In this document: in pieces, positions 58,736 through 64,000 of the stretch
Numbering within the stretch: position 1 is the stretch's first letter
Layout of the letters: every line of letters begins with the position of its first letter
Made by a program: the position numbers and the translations under genes
The notes under the pieces: model-generated
What the model saw: only the letters and a program-made list of their open reading frames with translations
What the model was told of the DNA's origin: nothing
The model's database searches: none
From: Antedon mediterranea
Lineage: Eukaryota > Animalia > Echinodermata
Reading direction: 5' to 3'
DNA: 64,000 nt
Assembly (NCBI RefSeq): GCF_964355755.1
Contig: NC_092676.1
Location: 20,044,871-20,108,870 of the forward strand

Positions 58736-61700
58736 GAAAACATTGTAATAGGTGCTATATAAGACTATTATTATAGTGGATGATAATTCAAGTGTGCAAT
58801 TCATATTCATACAAACGTACTAAATGACAGGCATTCAAAATAGTGTACACATTAGAAACTTTGCATCACTTAATAATGTACTGAACTGTTTTGTGCATCT
58901 ACATCATTTAAAATTGCAGTTTCAGATACATTCTTCTTAAAAATCGGGGTACTAACAAGTATAAAATTACATTCTGAACCTACATAATTTTCAAAATTTT
59001 AAAGGGAAACAGGTCTGACTGAGCCACCTGATCTACCTATAAATAATTTTGTTGAGAATTTACTATAGAACAATAAACAATAATGTTGACTATGAAACTA
59101 AGGCCCACACAATTACTATGCTCCTAACAAAATGACAACAACCCTAATCCCTAACTAGATTTAATTCGTCACTATGACGAATTATAGGTTATATGCATTG
59201 ATAATTAAAATAAAGATAATTTATTTTTAAAAGATATTTTGATTCATTTATTTTCTCAGATTCTTTAAATAATATATAATATATGATAGGACCTTGCTAA
59301 CGCGAATACAATAGCCGGTATCACAATCCGATCAAAGATCCCTCTGCGTATAATGTCATAAACCACATTTGCTGTTACATAATAATAAAGACATAAGTTA
59401 TTTTTTATCTAGATTTCATTATAAATCATGTGTATAATATATACACTAAGAAATAAATTTGAACAAACAATACGGATAATAAAAAAAAAAATTTATTTCG
59501 TTTCCCAAGGTGAGACTCGATCTCGGTACCTTGAGTGCCATAGACACGAGCACACACCACCGAGCCATACACAACTGACTAAAAATTGTAGAAAAATTCC
59601 TCCGTGTATTTACTATGCAGTAACCACTTTGGTGCAGATAGATTATTACATACCGCAATGAATTATAATTTTTTACTATGATGACATCTCTAAAAATGTA
59701 CAAAAATGATGCACTGTCAAACTATATACTTTTAACTTTAATATATGAACTTTTGAAGGAAGAAAGTTAATGTTAAGTTTGTTATTTTGGCCTAAGAAAA
59801 TGTCATAATTTGTTTGATTGTCGAAATGAATTTTTTTAAATTTAATATGCAATTAATTATGGCTTAATCAACTTTTGTTCCCTTAGCTTAATAATAAATC
59901 ATACATAAGATACATACACTTCAAGAAAATTAAATAAAAAATATGTGTTCCCGAGCATTCTGACGATCTATATTAATTTTAAAATTTAGCATATTTTCAC
60001 CATTTTGTTAACTTACACGTGCGTAGCCTGTCACTTTTGACGTGCTCGTATAAGGCAATTACGCGTTGAAAAGTGAATAAAATATGATGATATTATTAAA
60101 GAAAGGTTGTACAACCGAAATCGGACAAAAAGAGTGCGCATTAACGTATAACGCGCAGTGCGCGTGCAAAAATCTGCGCACTCATGGCAATTTTTTAAAC
60201 GCTTAAAATTGCCTGAAACGTACTCTAATTTCATCGAAAATAAATTTTGACAATTTTGAACATTTTAAGCGCGCGTACGCAAGCGTTATATGCGCTACGC
60301 ACGTAATTGTATTGCCATATGATGAAATATGACCTGAAATTTATGAGTACCAAATTTTGTTTAATTGTGATTCATGCTTGTGAAGATATGATTACAAACG
60401 TGATTTCGTAAAATCGCGCGTAGACCGCGTAATTTTTGATTACGCATCGTGAAAATATAACCACATCGATTCCTGGCCATAAGGAATATACTCTGAAAAA
60501 TTGACTTAGATAGATGAAACTGATATCAAGATAATTCACGGACAAAATAGTGCTAAGGAAAGAATAAATAAATAAAGATTTTGACAGAATCAAGAGGTTA
60601 TATGCATGATAATGCATATAACCTAACAATGCAGAATGTTGTTAAACTCCCACCTACAGACTTCAAAGTGATGTGAGAATTGAGACAGCTTCCGAACACA
60701 GTAGTATAACTTCCTCAATAAATAAAACCTAGGTATTATTTTACCTATTAGATTGTCTAAGATATTATTCAATCGGAAACTGAAGATTGAAGGCCATTTG
60801 CAATTTAGTTTTGCATTCTTGGGGACATTTGTTTTCCCGCATAAACAACCACTTGTTGGTAATTCAAGTACCTTGAATTAAGTCATTGTGGTGTATCTTC
60901 TCCGTATTACGTCTTTCCTTCATAAGTTCTACAGTATGACGTACAAGGTAGTGAATTACTAAACAAAGTTCCTTAAGTCTTTAATATTTTTTCTGTAGAG
61001 TCACATGAAATGGTGTGTCAACTACTTAAAATGAGTAAACCTTGAGTGGTTGTGGTATTTTTTTCTATTATCGTGTTACGTCAATCCTTTTCATGTGATG
61101 CACAATTGTGATTAATCTGTCAGCTTCTAAATTCTGCAATCATGCTGGATTTAAAAAAAAGTTATGATAGCTTATGGGTATTCTTATCCAATGAGTGTAG
61201 CACATTCTTAAAATGATCAACTCAATAGCTAGTCATGTCACAAAAGCAACTAAGTCGAGTCGACAATCGGTTAAGGCAGGGGCACAGCAAACCATACTGG
61301 TAGCTATACAATCGGCACAGGTTCACAGGTTTCTGGTGGTAGAAAAAGTTTTGTCGGATAAGGACTAAGTAACTGGAGGTCCAGTGTAGACATCTTTTAG
61401 AAGAGTAGGGGGTTACTCCTTAGCCATACTGTAGCTATACAATTGGCACAGGTTCAAGACAATCCCCGACCATTGTTCCGGTGGTAGAACCAGTCTTGTT
61501 GGATAAGAACTTAATAACTGGAGGTCCAGTGTACACATCTTTCAGAAGAGTAGGGGGGGGGGGGGGGTTTACTCCTTAGCCCCGGCCGTTTGGTGTCGGC
61601 ACTCGACAAGAAGGGGAGTAGAAAGTTGTGGTATGTGTCATCCATACCTGTGCGCAATTCAGCCCAGTAGGCTGCATTTGCAGGTTATTCCCCATTTACA

Positions 61701-64000
61701 TTTACTTAGCCATTATATTATTATATAGCCATCGGTAGGTGCTGACATGGTGGCTTTTATGGGTCAGTAGAGTGCTTAATCGAAATTTCTTTCATATGAG
61801 GATAAATAGATAGTTTGAGCGCAAAAGAAGTTATTTATTAATTATTTACAAAAAACCCTGAACAACAAAAATGATGAAGATGAAGATAAAGTGAAGGCTA
61901 AAAATAAAGCAAGGTTAATAATATATAATAATGTTATGTCAATCTTATATAGCGCTTAATGCACAAAGCCTCTAAGCACTTCACATTATTACCCCAGTCA
62001 GTTTTGGATCAAACTATCTGGAAAACATACTCCCATATAATAAATGTTGCAGCCAGTAATCAGCACAGTGTTTTGACCTATACAAGGTACCCAACACACT
62101 GAACCACATGCCCTTACATACTGAAAAGTTTATCCCTACATTCTGATTACCTATAGTTATATTCAAATAATATTCTCAATCATCTTCAAGGTTCATAAAC
62201 ATTTGTAGCCAATTAACAGGCGCCAAAATAATTTAGTGAAGTTCACAGTATTTTATTGGACCTTGCAAATACATGACGTAAACCTCTTTTGAAGCTGGGG
62301 CTTAACTCCTATTTTCAATTTAAATTTTACAATTTATCATAACAAATATTACCAAATTTATTATTTTATTTTCATTAATTACTTTATGAAATCCTTTTAC
62401 AAAATCATGTCCTGTAGTTTACGATAAACTGGCTCTTGAGTTTGTAGCTATTTTAAAACATGACTATATATGGTGATTCTAGGTCAATTGCACACTTAAA
62501 GACACCACTGACATAAAGTAGCATATTACTCATAATGGACCAGCTTGGAAAATGTCTCCATGAATCCAAAATGAGTATACATATGTCATTTCTATTTAAT
62601 TGCATTAATTCTCATGGTAATTCAAATTTTGTAAGTTCATTGGTATTTATTATAAGTAGTAGAGCAGTGTTCCTATTAAAAATTCAACGTGCCATTTAGC
62701 AGATTGCGTTTTAAAAGCACACTACGTTCACATTTTATGATGGCTTAAACAGCTAATTGCCTGTTTGTTACATTACACAACATTTGATTTAGATTACAGT
62801 GTATAATGTCTTAAATAATTCACAATTGTTGTACTTTGTGAAATGACAATTATAATATTTTATATGGTTGAATGTACAGAAACTAGACAATATCTACAGT
62901 ATATATATAATTTAGAAACCTGAGCTGCCCTGACGAGATCTAATAAGATCGAAACAGTTCTGTCTGCAAATATATATATATATCAATATCACAGCCATTT
63001 TCCTCTTTACTTTGGGACCATTTGTTACAGTATGTTTGTAATATTTATTGTTATGTCATAAAACAAAATATAAATACAAGATGAACTTGGTAACTTGACC
63101 ATTTTGCTTACTTTACTGTAGCCAAATCCAACTATTGCTTGTGGCTAAAATACTCTGCAGCTTCAGAACATACAGACACTTTAGAACCACTTATTTGGGA
63201 TACCCCTACAAATAAACACAGCGAACAATGTACTGTATCAATGAAGAGCAAATGTATATTTTAAACACTATATGACCAATCTCTATTCAGGGACATTTTC
63301 CTGAAAGTCACAATACAGTATAATGGAATTTTCTGATTTTATTTCACTATACCTAGCATAAAAAAGGAGGGGGGAGGCGTAGCTGTAGTGTTTGATCTGT
63401 ATCCACCCCTGTTTTGCATTGAATCAAGAATGATTAGTATAATATATTATCATAGAATGTATTTGAAGTAATTTACTAAAATGCGAAATAAAATATTTTA
63501 GCTTTGAGAACAAAATATCAAGGAAAATATGAATGGAACCTTGTGAGAGAAAGTCCTACAAATCTACCCCACCCACTCAAACTTGATCAATTCAATCCCT
63601 GATCCCTCAAATCCCTAATCCATACAAGATTTCCCATTGGGATAAGTTGTCTCCGCTGAGATTTACTTCGTAAATTTCTATGTGTCATCCACCTAATGCA
63701 GTACAGCACGCAACATGCGAATGACATGACACTGTGTACGATAACTCACAAAAAAAAACAAGAAATGAGTGGGAGAAGAATAATTTAAACCATATTTATA
63801 ATTTAGTACTAGAAGCACTTTATAAGATCTGATTAATATTTTATTCTAAATATGTACCCTCCAATTCTCCCCCTCCGTGAGCTTTCGCTTCGTGAATTTT
63901 GAACACATCACGGACTGTACAAGAGCTTCAATCCAAACTGGAAGTGTGACCATGTTTCTTCAGGTCAAGAGAAACGGAGACTTGGACTTTGGTGATCTTT

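Noticed and set aside
60010-60430. CpG-rich block as tetraspanin promoter
   Set aside because: Bounded by a short inverted repeat (ACGTGCGTAGC at ~60018 and ~60294), so equally likely a MITE; cannot be decided from sequence alone.

Overview
AT-rich, intron-rich animal genomic DNA; the SINE, MITE and gene content suggest a marine invertebrate (inference). I reconstructed three spliced host genes by hand from GT-AG boundaries with consistent phase. (1) A 20-exon type II CAX/VNX1-like cation/H+ exchanger (minus, 12086-25392, ~764 aa) containing one U12-type minor intron. (2) Head-to-head with it, an 8-exon radical SAM protein of the ArsS/DUF3641 arsenosugar-biosynthesis family (plus, 26324-39805, ~461 aa) with a mitochondrial-presequence-like N-terminus. 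(3) A tetraspanin with 6 coding exons (minus, 44314-50812, ~245 aa). Intron 2 of the arsS-like gene holds an intact 8.47-kb Ty3/Gypsy LTR retrotransposon (minus, 27992-36465, ATAT target-site duplication) nested inside a MITE. It has a -1 frameshift signal, a non-canonical HHDD reverse-transcriptase motif, and LTRs identical over the presumptive U3 but divergent over R-U5. The rest is many MITEs and SINEs, a near-palindromic Academ-like element interrupted by a hAT derivative with a 5-bp TSD, minisatellites, and an inverted copy of the first tetraspanin coding exon inside the same gene. No database searches were run; family calls rest on recognised motifs.
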